DNA of 64,000 nucleotides from Macrostomum lignano (taxonomy: Eukaryota): contig NIVC01000851.1 in the NCBI GenBank assembly GCA_002269645.1, positions 62,001-126,000 on the forward strand, read 5' to 3'. Position 1 is the first letter of the stretch. The number at the start of each line of letters is the position of its first letter. Under the pieces are notes generated by a model. That model searched no databases. It had not been told where the DNA came from and saw only the letters and a list, made by a program, of their open reading frames with translations. The position numbers and the translations under genes were made by a program. Of the stretch, positions 48,359-59,406 are shown in pieces.

Positions 48359-50884
48359 ATGTCGTCGCCTACGCCGCAGGGGCAGCAGCAGCAGAAGCGC
48401 TCAGCCAGCGCCGAGCTGCCCTCCGCCTTCAGACCGCCACCAACAGCCTCCGCCACCGCCGCCGCCAGCTCTGTACCGCCGAAGAAGCGGGCCAGAAACC
48501 ATCAGGACGGGGAGCCGGAGCCCGGAGCTGCGTCTCCTCTGGACCTGTCTACACCTGCCAGTTTAAGCCGGAATGCTGCTGCTAACGCTGCGGAACCGGA
48601 TGTCGATACCAGCGACGACCCGGAAGCTGTTCGTCACGGTGTGTCTTCGTCTGCCGCAGCTGCAGCGGCGGCCTACATGGCCCGCTGCGCTGAGACATTC
48701 CGGACGATGAACTCCACAGCATCGGCTGAGGAGCCCGCAGTCACATCAGCTGCCGACTGCTGGACGGCCATGAACCAGTGGCAGGCCTCTCTGCAGGCTC
48801 AGTACCTGTACTATTCGTCTCTGGCCCTCTCCGGCCTGGTGCCACCGCTGCCGCCGCCGCCGCCACCGGCACCGCAGCAGCTCCAATCGACCGCCGCTGG
48901 CCCCAAGCTCCACCACGCCGCAGGCATCTTGTCGCCAGGTTTCAGCAGCCTCTTCTCGTCGCTGCAGATTCCTCCGCCACCGCCACCACCACCAACGTCG
49001 TTTCCAGCGACGGTGCCACAGGCTTCGAGTCTGGCTGCATCGGCTTTGGCGCAGTCTCAGCGCTCAATTCAAGAAGATTCGCCGAGTCCGTCCTGGCGGC
49101 AGCAGCTGACGCCTCAGCCGAACCCGTCATCGTCATCAGTCTTGACACAGCAGCAGCAGCAGCGCCGCATAAAGGCGACCAGAGCAACACCTGCCGCGAG
49201 CATCCCAGCGCCCGTGATTGCCGCAGCAGCCGCCGCCGCTGCCGCCGCTGCCCCGCCGGGCAGTTCCAAGGCGTCGCCGCCGTCGTCAGTTTTCCCAACT
49301 ACTGAGCGGCAGTCGAGCGGCGAGACCGACTTTCAGTGCTCCTGCGGCCGGGCTTTTGCCAGCCTCATCAGCCTGACGCTGCACCTGAAGGAGACTGGCC
49401 ACGGACCGGGAGTCGCCTGCGGCCGCGACCGCGACATCCCCAAGCTGGTGCGTGGCCAGGACATGTGGATCAACTCCGAGACGGAGCAGACCAGAGAGAT
49501 TCTGCGCTGCATCCGCTGCAAGCAGAGCTTCCGCACCCTGCCGGAGCTCACAATGCACATGATGAAGACTCGGCACTATACGGAGATCATCTACACGGAT
49601 TCGGCGCCGTCCCAGCAGCAGCAGCAGCAGCAGCAACAACAACAACAACAGCAAGCAGGCACTGGGTCTTCTGCAGCGGCTCGATTTCCTTCGGTGGGCA
49701 AGGACGAGCGCCCAGCAGCAGCGGCTGCAGCTGCCGGTAAGGAGCGAGCAGGACAGCAGCAGAGCCGCGGTAGCCGCGCGGAGGTGAAGGAGGCAGACTC
49801 CGCCACCGATCCCCAGCAGCAGCAGCAGCAGCAGCGAGCGGGCGGCGCTACCAGCACCCTGCAGAAGATGCAGCACTTTGTGGAAGCCAGTCTGCCTAGG
49901 CCGGGTCTCCGGCGGCCGGGCATGTTTCAAGAGGTGCTACAGAGCTCCGTGTTCGACGGCAACGAGCGAAGCGGCGGCACCGGCGCCGGGGCCAGCGGCG
50001 GAGACTCTGATAACGACGACGAGCGCCGGGAAGGTGACAGCGGCGGTCTCGGCGCGGCGGGCAGGGACAGCGTGAGCTATCTGAGCCCGGACAGGCCGAC
50101 CGAGCAGAAGGAGAACCCGCTGTCCTCGCTGCAGAAGCTGGTGGACACCGCCGAGAAGCCGTCGGCCGGGTCCGCTGCCGCATCTGCCACATCGGTCGCA
50201 TCCGCCGCCGCTGCTCCTGCGATGTCTCCGTCGTTGACGCCACCAGCTTCGGAGATGACATCATCAACAGCCAGACCGGAAAGTCCGGCAGTCTCAGCCG
50301 CCGCATCGGCCGTCAGCAGCAGGCATACGGTGATCATGCTGAGCCCAACGTACATCTACCAGAGCGGCCTGTACCCATCGGGATTCCCCGTTTGCCACCC
50401 GTCGGCGCTGGACCTGTCCAAGCTGCAGCAGCGCTCTGATGAAATTTCGCCGCTGAAAAAGTCTACCGCGGCATCTACTGCTGCCGCTGCCGTCTCCTTG
50501 GCGCCTGTCGCATCGTCGGGTTCGACAACGGCCGCGTCGCTGCCAGCAACCAGCGGCGCGGAGCCGGCGGCTGCCGACAAGCCGACGAGCGCTTGGCCGG
50601 ACTCGCTGATGCAGAAAAAGGCCAAGTGCCACTACTGCAGCAAGCCGTTCGCCAACAAAGGTCAGGTGCGCCTGCACGTCAGCAAGGGCAAGTGCCCCAG
50701 CCTGCTGGCCCGCCTGCCCACCGCCGCGCTGCCGCCGTTCCCCTTCTTCCCGGCGCTGGACTACATCAAAGCGGCAGGTCGCTTCCATGCCGCCGCCGCT
50801 GCCGCCGCCGCGGCCGCCTCCGTGGCATCAGCGACAGCACCTTCGGGCGGCTCAACAGCTGCAGGCAAGGAGTTGCAGGCCTGA
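48359..50884 (+). CDS. tsh: Teashirt/tiptop family zinc-finger transcription factor
   Basis: Diagnostic DIPKLVRGQDMWINSETEQTREILRCIRCKQSFRTLPELTMHMMKTRHYTEII. Finger FQCSCGRAFASLISLTLHLKETGH (49331-49402), CtBP motif PLDLS (48536-48550), C-terminal finger KCHYCSKPFANKGQVRLHVSKGKC (50624-50695). First ATG at 48359. An acceptor ctctacAG at 48333-48334 suggests an upstream exon. Confidence 0.92.
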   Translation: MSSPTPQGQQQQKRSASAELPSAFRPPPTASATAAASSVPPKKRARNHQDGEPEPGAASPLDLSTPASLSRNAAANAAEPDVDTSDDPEAVRHGVSSSAAAAAAAYMARCAETFRTMNSTASAEEPAVTSAADCWTAMNQWQASLQAQYLYYSSLALSGLVPPLPPPPPPAPQQLQSTAAGPKLHHAAGILSPGFSSLFSSLQIPPPPPPPPTSFPATVPQASSLAASALAQSQRSIQEDSPSPSWRQQLTPQPNPSSSSVLTQQQQQRRIKATRATPAASIPAPVIAAAAAAAAAAAPPGSSKASPPSSVFPTTERQSSGETDFQCSCGRAFASLISLTLHLKETGHGPGVACGRDRDIPKLVRGQDMWINSETEQTREILRCIRCKQSFRTLPELTMHMMKTRHYTEIIYTDSAPSQQQQQQQQQQQQQQAGTGSSAAARFPSVGKDERPAAAAAAAGKERAGQQQSRGSRAEVKEADSATDPQQQQQQQRAGGATSTLQKMQHFVEASLPRPGLRRPGMFQEVLQSSVFDGNERSGGTGAGASGGDSDNDDERREGDSGGLGAAGRDSVSYLSPDRPTEQKENPLSSLQKLVDTAEKPSAGSAAASATSVASAAAAPAMSPSLTPPASEMTSSTARPESPAVSAAASAVSSRHTVIMLSPTYIYQSGLYPSGFPVCHPSALDLSKLQQRSDEISPLKKSTAASTAAAAVSLAPVASSGSTTAASLPATSGAEPAAADKPTSAWPDSLMQKKAKCHYCSKPFANKGQVRLHVSKGKCPSLLARLPTAALPPFPFFPALDYIKAAGRFHAAAAAAAAAASVASATAPSGGSTAAGKELQA

Positions 50885-51044
50885 ACTGTGGTTGGACACT
50901 CAGCATACCGAGCTCGTTGAGAACTGTGCGGCTTTTGTATTGAATTTTAATCAGTTCCGAACAACTCAAAACAAATCTGAGAGGGTCGTTCAAACCACAA
51001 TCAGGATTGCTCAAACTTTGTGCTTCGATTCATTGGGTGGGGGG

Positions 51045-51212
51045 GGGGGCTATCACGTCCTCCGACTCTCGCGTCATACCCCCTAGTATCCGGGTTCGAG
51101 TCCGTGAGCGGGCAATTTAATTTGGGCTTCGAGGCACATAAATTGACTTAGAAGGTGTCTGCGGAGTGTGTGTGTACATGCCTGGTGATGAAAAGTCAAG
51201 GCCGCTGTACAC
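51045..51212 (+). mobile_element. tRNA-derived SINE fragment related to 30645-31020
   Basis: B-box GGTTCGAGTCC (51093-51103), then TTAATTTGGG, GTGTACATGCCT (51172) and GGCCGCTGTACAC (51200) in the same order as the 30.7 kb copy. Confidence 0.55.
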
Positions 51213-51440
51213 CTGCTCTGAGCTCAGGTGGGCAGTCAGGGCCGCTGTACACACCTGCTCTGAGCTCAGGTGGGCAGTCAGGGCCGCTGTACACACCTGC
51301 TCTGAGCTCAGGGGGACAGTCAGGGCCGCTGTACACACCTGCTCTGAGCTCAGGGGGACAGTCAGGGCCGCTGTACACCTGCTCTGAGCTCAGGGGGACA
51401 GTCAGGGCCGCTGTACACACCTGCTCTGAGCTCAGGTGGA
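51199..51440. repeat. 42-bp minisatellite grown from a SINE body
   Basis: (GGGCCGCTGTACACACCTGCTCTGAGCTCAGGTGGGCAGTCA)n, about 6 copies. Confidence 0.9.
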
Positions 51441-52224
51441 CGTGACTGTTAACTACTTTTCTGCGGGTCAACTTTCTAGATTGGTTAGTGGTGGCGTGAA
51501 CGGCCTAGTTAAAGCTTTAATACCATAGCAACGTCAATTCGAAAAGAGCTCTTGCTGATCTTGTACTGCAGCGATTCCAGTTGAAAAAAAGTTAAAATGG
51601 CGCCCCAGCTTGTCTCCTGATGGGATTCAGTTCAAGTATTTTGCATAGCGCGCTCTCTTATCGTAGGAAAACAGATTACACATTAAGAAGTATTGTTTTG
51701 TAATTATTTTCACTCAACCCGTACCGCCAATGCTTTTTGTGCACCGCATCGCCTGCTTACCGCTACTCATGCCCGTCTGCTGCGTTCTAACAAATTTTAA
51801 AAAAATCAGATCAAACTGCCGATCGTTGCTCTGGTATACTATATTGCATATTATAGTTTCGAATATTATTTATTGTACAACGTTAAAAAACTTTGCTAAA
51901 CCTCAGCGTATTAATGCCTTGTTAACACTGTAAACTAACTTCAACGTTCTGGTCACCATAATTGTCCAGATTGCACAAGGCAATCAGTTTTAGGCGAATC
52001 TGTCCATGGCTTTTTTCTAGCGTCTACCATGGTTAAACTATGCACAATAAATTTAATAAGCTTTTAATCGGATTTCAGTCAGTTGCTTTATAATTATCTT
52101 ATTTGATTTCAATTTAAATTTGAAGCAACAATAAAGATGTCAAGTTCTAGTATGTCCTTGCTTATTTTGGAACTATAGAAACTAATAATTATGATATGAC
52201 TTTGATAAAAATATGATGCTGTTA

Positions 52225-52980
52225 TTGGCGAGCACCTGACACAACACATGATCCTGCTATTGGTGAGCATCTGACACAACACATGATCCTGCTATTGGTG
52301 AGCATCTGACACAGCACATGATCCTGCTATTGGTGAGCATCTGACACAACACATGATCCTGCTATTGGTGAGCACCTGAACACAACACATGATCCTGCTA
52401 TTGGTGAGCACCTGACACAGCACATGATCCTGCTATTGGTGAGAACCTGACACAACACATGATCCTGCTATTGGTGAGAACCTGACACAACACATGATCC
52501 TGCTATTGGTGAGCATCTGACACAACACATGATCCTGCTATTGGTGAGCACCTGACACAGCACATGATCCTGCTATTGGTGAGCATCTGACACAACACAT
52601 GATCCTGCTATTGGTGAGCATCTGACACAACACATGATCCTGCTATTGGTGAGAACCTGACACAGCACATGATCCTGCTATTGGTGAGCATCTGACACAG
52701 CACATGATCCTGCTATTGGTGAGCATCTGACACAGCACATGATCCTGCTATTGGTGAGCATCTGACACAGCACATGATCCTGCTATTGGTGAGCATCTGA
52801 CACAGCACATGATCCTGCTATTGGTGAGCATCTGACACAACACATGATCCTGCTATTGGTGAGAACCTGACACAACACATGATCCTGCTATTGGTGAGCA
52901 CCTGACACAGCACATGATCCTGCTATTGGTGAGAACCTGACACAACACATGATCCTGCTATTGGTGAGCACCTGACACCT
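52225..52980. repeat. 35-bp minisatellite (CATGATCCTGCTATTGGTGAGCATCTGACACAACA)n
   Basis: About 21 copies. Confidence 0.96.
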
Positions 52981-54109
52981 ACATGTACATGTCAGCTGTA
53001 CTATTGGTACCCTCTCTGACACCTAACACAGGCATTAGCTACAAATCAATCAAGGCTATAAACTTTGATAGCAGGTAATTAGGGTCTAAAGCTTGAGACC
53101 TGTCAGCCTGGCTTGCTCAGACTCGCACAGACAACTCTAGCCGTGAGATACTCAGAGTCGAACCCACTTGAAACAAGCAAATGTTTTGCTAATGCTGAAT
53201 GCTTTGGAGCTGTTTGCTTGATTAATCAGCCGCTGCCATGACTCCAACCAGCTGCACGCCGAGAATTTGTCTTGAGTTATTTCACAGAAAGCTCCCTTCA
53301 GTCTCCAGCCAGGCGCACTTGCGGCTCTGATGGATGGCTGCGTAATGGCTTCGGCGTGCGCCGGAGACCACCTAAGGATCAATTATTGCTGGGGATTTCA
53401 CTGAGCCCCCCTGATGGAGCGCCTGGGAGATGCTGGGCAGGGTGGCGGGGCGGGGGGAGAGGAGAGATTTATGGGACAATTATTCGGTTTGAAAATCCAT
53501 CTGATAAATTATCGCCCCCACCCCGCGAGAGCCTGCGGGCCTTTCCGACAGTTTCCTGGAATACTGGAGCGGCCTGGAAGGCCAAAGAGGCCGCCAGCTG
53601 TGTGCGTTGGCTTTTGGCTGCTCAAATTTATGTTTGAGAGCGGAGCCCCGGAGAGTCGGTTCTCAGGGACCAGCAGCATTGCGCATTGATTTATCAGCAT
53701 CTGGGAGGCTGCAGGAGGAGCGCGCTGCGCTGGCAGGCCGCTGTGAACTGCGCTATAAATCTTCAAACTGTGCTTGCTACACTGCGATGGCTGGCTGGGG
53801 GGGAGTTGACAAGGCGCGCTCTGGAGGGAGGTGGGGCGCCGGCCTGATACGGCCGGCAGCATCGGGGCAAGCAGCCCGTTGAGACCGGCCGCCGGGAGCA
53901 ACAACTGAGGAAAACTGCTGGGAAACCATCCGGAGTGACTATTGGTTTTCAAACTTCTAATTCAAACTGTCGAACTTATATTTCGTCAAGGGGCACTGCC
54001 AACCTGCAGTTAGTAATGCTATATTGATTTTGTATTAAAGCGTGTATTAGATAGTTATTCACGGTAATAAAGAAAGGTTGCTCGCTTAATACATAATTTG
54101 GAACATATT

Positions 54110-55590
54110 GGGACCGTAATTGGCACCATAGACTTACAATAGAGATCATAGATTTACAATTGGGACCATAGACTTACAATAGAGGCCATAGACTTACAAT
54201 AGACACCATAAACTTACAATAGAGGCCATAGACTTACAATAGGCACCATAGACTTACAATAGAGACAATAGACTTACAATAGACACCATAGACTTACAAT
54301 AGACACCATAGACTTACAATAGGCACCATAGACTTACAATAGAGACGATAGACTTACAATAGACACCATAGACTTACAATAGGGACCATAGACTTACAAT
54401 AGAGATCATAGACTTACAATAGAGATCATATATTTACAATTGGGACCATAGACTTACAATAGACACCATAGACTTACAATTGGCACCATAGACTTACAAT
54501 AGACACCATAGACTTACAATAGAGATCATAGATTTACAATTGGGACCAAAGATTTACAATAGACACCATAGACTTACAATAGAGATCATAGATTTACAAT
54601 TGGGACCATAGACTTACAATAGGCACCATAGACTTACAATAGACACCATAGACTTACAATAGGCACCATAGACCTACAATAGAGACGATAGACTTACAAT
54701 AGACACCATAGACTTACAATAGGGACCATAGACTTACAATAGAGATCATAGACTTACAATAGAGATCATAGATTTACAATTGGGACCATAGGCTTACAAT
54801 AGACACCATAGACTTACAATTGGCACCATAGACTTACAATAGACACCATAGACTTACAATAGAGATCATAGATTTACAATTGGGACCATAGACTTACAAT
54901 AGACACCATAGACTTACAATAGAGATCATAGACTTACAATAGGCACCATAGACTTACAATTGGCACCATAGACTTACAATAGACACCATAGACTTACAAT
55001 AGGCACCATGGACTTACAATTGGCACCATAGACTTACAATAGACACCATAGACTTACAATTGGCACCATAGACTTACAATAGAGACAATAGACTTACAAT
55101 AGGGATCATAGATGTACAATGGGGATCATAGACGTACAATAGAGACCATATGCTTACAATACGGATCATAGACTTATAATTCAGACCATAGACTTACCTT
55201 ACAATTGGGACCATATACTTACAATGGTGACCATAGACTTTATTGGGACCATAGACTTACATTGGGACAATAGACTTACGAGTACAATGGGGACTATAGA
55301 ATTACTATTGGGGCCATAGACTTACTATTGGGACCATAGACTTACTATTGGGACCATAGACTTACTATTGGGACCATAGACTTACTATTGGGACCATAGA
55401 CTTACTATTGGGGCCATAGACTTACTATTGGGACCATAGACTTACTATTGGGACCATAGACTTACTATTGGGGCCATAGACTTACTATTGGGGCCATAGA
55501 CTTACTATTGGGGCCATAGACTTACTATTGGGGCCATAGTAGACTTAATATTGGGGCCATAGACTTACTATTGGGGCCATAGACTTACAA
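54110..55590. repeat. 20-bp minisatellite whose consensus shifts from CATAGACTTACAATAGACAC to CATAGACTTACTATTGGGAC
   Basis: Exact 20-bp register to ~55190, then a second subfamily. Confidence 0.95.
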
Positions 55591-56724
55591 TACGTCAAGT
55601 TCGTCATCAGAAACTCATGGTCACCCGTCTAGGAGAGGTCAAGACCCCTGTGACCCCTCTTGGATGCACCACTGGTTGGAAACTATTGTAACAGGACTGA
55701 CAGGCAGAACAGAGGGAGGGCAACAGGCGGCATTGTTGTGAACATTGAGCGGCAGACCATCATCGTCCACTGTAATCCCCAAGGCCTACTTCCTTTTTGA
55801 TCTGGCCCGCTGGGGCACTTGCCAGTTGGAGAAGAATTTATATATTGTTCGCCGCTTCCCTTCATCTCTTTGAGCTTCGCTCATCCTTCCATCTCCCGGC
55901 CCGGCGCGCGGCTTCATCAATCAGCGGAATCGGCCCCATCGTTTAACTTGTCAACCTCGCCAGCCTCTCTGGGCCTTGGACGCCTGGTGGCTCTTTTATC
56001 GCCGCGGGCTCTCATAGAGCTTTGCCTATCCGATAGAAGAGGAGAGATGGCTGCCGGGGCCAACGCGCGTGGATCAGTTAATCCTGGGAGCGCTGCCCTC
56101 CCCTGAAGCCGATTGATTTAGGGCCCACCTCCCCATGCGCCGTCTGCGTCTCCCTCTGTCTGTTGTTAGCCGGCGGTACTGATAGGGGGGAGAGATATGG
56201 GAAGCGGTGCTGCCGGCCAAGGCTGCCGGGGGTGGGTCTTTATTTTCAAGTGATCTATGGCTTCCTCCGATTCGGTCGGCTATAAGGGGGGGGGCGGCGG
56301 ACGGACACCGCAAACAGAATGCGTGTGTGTCGCCACATGTCTGATTTATGGTCACCCGGCACCCCAATCTCCGATCCACGCCAGCTGACCGGGGTCCCGA
56401 CCGACTCCCATCGGAGCATCAGGAGCTACTCGACTGACTAAAAGCAGTTTTAGATGTAAAGTTTTTTAAAACCTATTCGAGCTACAAGGTATTAGCCCGT
56501 GTAGCTCCTGGGTAAAGCTGTAATATCGTAAATCCGGAATTCGATAACAATTTTCTGTCATTTACTGTAGCCTTATGCATTGCTTTGAGAACTTCCGATA
56601 CTGCTATTCGATTTCTTGCGCTAATTTACCCCTTTTTGTGCAGATATGAGCGTGGCATCAACAATACAAACCCACTACTTGCCAAGATCCTACTTCCAGT
56701 AGCGACTGAGGCTACTGTAATGAA

Positions 56725-57087
56725 ACTGACTGACTGACTGACTGACTGACTGACTGACTGACTGACTGACTGACTGACTGACTGACTGACTGACTGACTG
56801 ACTGACTGACTGACTGACTGACTGACTGACTGACTGACTGACTGACTGACTGACTGACTGACTGACTGACTGACTGACTGACTGACTGACTGACTGACTG
56901 ACTGACTGACTGACTGACTGACTGACTGACTGACTGACTGACTGACTGACTGACTGACTGACTGACTGACTGACTGACTGACTGACTGACTGACTGACTG
57001 ACTGACTGACTGACTGACTGACTGACTGACTGACTGACTGACTGACTGACTGACTGACTGACTGACTGACTGACTGACTGACTGACT
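56725..57087. repeat. Perfect (ACTG)n microsatellite
   Basis: Direct reading. Confidence 0.98.
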
Positions 57088-57819
57088 GGCGCAGTCCAAG
57101 GCCAGTGGCGGCCAGTTCAAAGGAGCGCATAAATGCTTAGCTCTCAGTTCTTGCGCATCAGAAATTCAGAAGCTGTGAGTTGCTTTTGCAACAAAAAGTT
57201 TAATCGAATTAATGCGAAGGTCGCCAAGGAGACGCGGCCACTGCCAATAGGCGGTCTTGGAGCGACCCGCGTGGGAAATTCCCAAGCTGAGGCCAGCTGA
57301 TTTGCAGAATATTATTATTGCTCAAAATCTGATTGTGACAAAAAGCAATCAAGTGAGGAGCTCTTGCTTCTCAAAGAACAATCGCTTATTGCGGACGTCT
57401 TGGTTGGCATGGCAACGCAGCGGACCATGATTGAAGCTTTGATTGACAGGCCAGCTGGCAGCGGCTCAACTGCTGGGCAAACAAGCAGCCGGGCTTGGGC
57501 TTAATCACGCTCAAAAACACGGCGTGCATGGATCGATGGAGAGTGGAATTCGGAGCCGAATCGGAGGAATCAATTACACACCCAGGAGAAAATTTCCACC
57601 TGCTTTCTGAATTATTCCTGACTAAAGCATCCAGAGACGGATTGGGGAGCCACTGGCGCCAACCCGTTTGGGATTAGAGTATAAGGCCTGAGACCTTTTC
57701 GAGTCGTCCAATCAGCCTCCATTGCTACTGGCTTGCCAGACAGAAGAAGCAGTACAAAAATACGTCAGCACAGAAGGTTTCGAGAGCCTGAGAATACTGA
57801 GAAGCAGCAGCTAATCGAC

Positions 57820-59406
57820 ATGCCGGAACTGACGGGCGCGAACTCTGCCGGCGGACGGGCCGTCCAGCCAGCGAATGTCATCAGCCAAAGCCGCAGGCAG
57901 GCCTGGTACAACTTCGTTGAAACCACCACCGCGCACGGATTCAGCAAGTTCAATAGCGGCTCCACCCGACGCAAGACCTTCTGGCTGATTGTGCTCATCC
58001 TGGCCAACGTCGGTTTCATCGTCCATCTCAGCTTCCTGGTGATGCGCTTTTCCGATGTGCCCGTCACCTCGTCGAGAAACGAAGCCCCTGAAGATTTCAA
58101 GTTTCCCGACGTGACCTTCTGCCCTAGCAGTCCCGTCAGCGATGTCAAGATGAGAAACATCTACGTGCCTGACCTCGGCAACCGCAGCCTCAGCGAGGTG
58201 GCCAGCCTCCTGGAGCCGGTGTGGCAGCAAATCACCTTGAACGCTACCGACTACATGGACTACCCGCTGCTGACTCTGCATGCTCGCCTGATCAGGGAGT
58301 CGGCGATCTACCTGCCTCCCGAGATGGTCATGATGTGCCAGTTCTTTGGCTACCCGTGCGACCTGCGCAACTTCACCGGCTACGTGGATCCGCGCCGTCT
58401 CGGCTGCGCCACCTTCAGCGCCCCTGACAGCCTGCAGCGCGAGTCGCCGGGCAGCCTGGTCCGCGGCCTCGGTGTAGTCGGCATCTCCCGGACAGACGAC
58501 TCCACTCTGTCGGCGCGCTACCAATCGCGCAAGATGGCCCTGTTCCAGGGCATGACGGTCACAGTGCACGAGCGTGGCACCATGCCAAGCTTTGTGGAGA
58601 ATACATTTAACAGCCACAATTCCGAGTACTTCGTCATGCGCATGTCTACCGGAGTCTACCAGGCGATGCAGACGCCGAGCAATCCCTGCCAGAAGGAGCG
58701 AGGCAGCATCACGGTGGTGACACCGGGGACGCAGGCCACTGCCACTTATCTGGAAACGGAGAACGACTGCGAGGAAGCCTGCCTGCAGGACAGCATCCAG
58801 GCTGACTGCAACTGTACGAGCGAGCTGCTTCTGATCACCGCCGCCCAGGCAGCCCGCAACCTGCCCGGCTGCCATAGGGAGGCTGAGCGCTTCATCAATG
58901 CCACGCCGAGCGAAGCAGAACTGGCCGGCATGCGGCAGAGGTGGCGCTGCCACCGGCGCTGGCTGCTGGCCAGCCGCACCAGCCGGCTGCCCTGCCAGTG
59001 CACGGCCTACTGCGACCGGGCTCTCATCGAGGGCAGCGTCAGCAGCTACGACTTCGCCGACGAAACCACCGGACGGGACTTTGCGCTGCTCACCTTCAAC
59101 CAGAACCTAGCCCCGGCCTACCAGGCGGCTAGGTCGGCGGCGAACTTCAGCTCGCTGGTGAACATCAACGACGTGGTGTTTTACTACGACCCGCTGGTAG
59201 AGAACCCGCCGCTAGCCCAGACTGTTACGCAGTTCGAGATCCTGCCCGAGGTGTCCAAGTCAATGAAGGTCACGGAGTCCAAGACCTACAGTGTTGACGC
59301 GTTGTGCTCCGACTTTGGCTCCATAATGGGTCTCTGGCTAGGCATGTCAGTGCTGACTGTGTGCGAGTTCCTGGAGATGGCCCTGCGTCTGGTCGCCGCT
59401 ATCTAA
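57820..59406 (+). CDS. Intronless DEG/ENaC/ASIC-superfamily sodium channel subunit (~528 aa)
   Basis: Pre-TM1 TTAHG motif, TM1 TFWLIVLILANVGFIVHLSFLV, FPDVTFC, Cys-rich thumb (CEEAC...DCNC...LPGC...CQCTAYC), TM2 SDFGSIMGLWLGMSVLTVCEFLE. First ATG at 57820; TATAAG at 57680. Confidence 0.95.
   Translation: MPELTGANSAGGRAVQPANVISQSRRQAWYNFVETTTAHGFSKFNSGSTRRKTFWLIVLILANVGFIVHLSFLVMRFSDVPVTSSRNEAPEDFKFPDVTFCPSSPVSDVKMRNIYVPDLGNRSLSEVASLLEPVWQQITLNATDYMDYPLLTLHARLIRESAIYLPPEMVMMCQFFGYPCDLRNFTGYVDPRRLGCATFSAPDSLQRESPGSLVRGLGVVGISRTDDSTLSARYQSRKMALFQGMTVTVHERGTMPSFVENTFNSHNSEYFVMRMSTGVYQAMQTPSNPCQKERGSITVVTPGTQATATYLETENDCEEACLQDSIQADCNCTSELLLITAAQAARNLPGCHREAERFINATPSEAELAGMRQRWRCHRRWLLASRTSRLPCQCTAYCDRALIEGSVSSYDFADETTGRDFALLTFNQNLAPAYQAARSAANFSSLVNINDVVFYYDPLVENPPLAQTVTQFEILPEVSKSMKVTESKTYSVDALCSDFGSIMGLWLGMSVLTVCEFLEMALRLVAAI

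Noticed and set aside
52225-55590. CRISPR-like look of the 35-bp and 20-bp arrays with variable slots
   Set aside because: There are no unique spacers (variable parts are a few nt and recur), no cas genes, and the context is eukaryotic.
57811-58953. 380-aa antisense ORF over the DEG/ENaC gene, and antisense or alternative-frame ORFs over tsh
   Set aside because: This is the expected shadow of GC-rich codon usage; no recognisable motifs.
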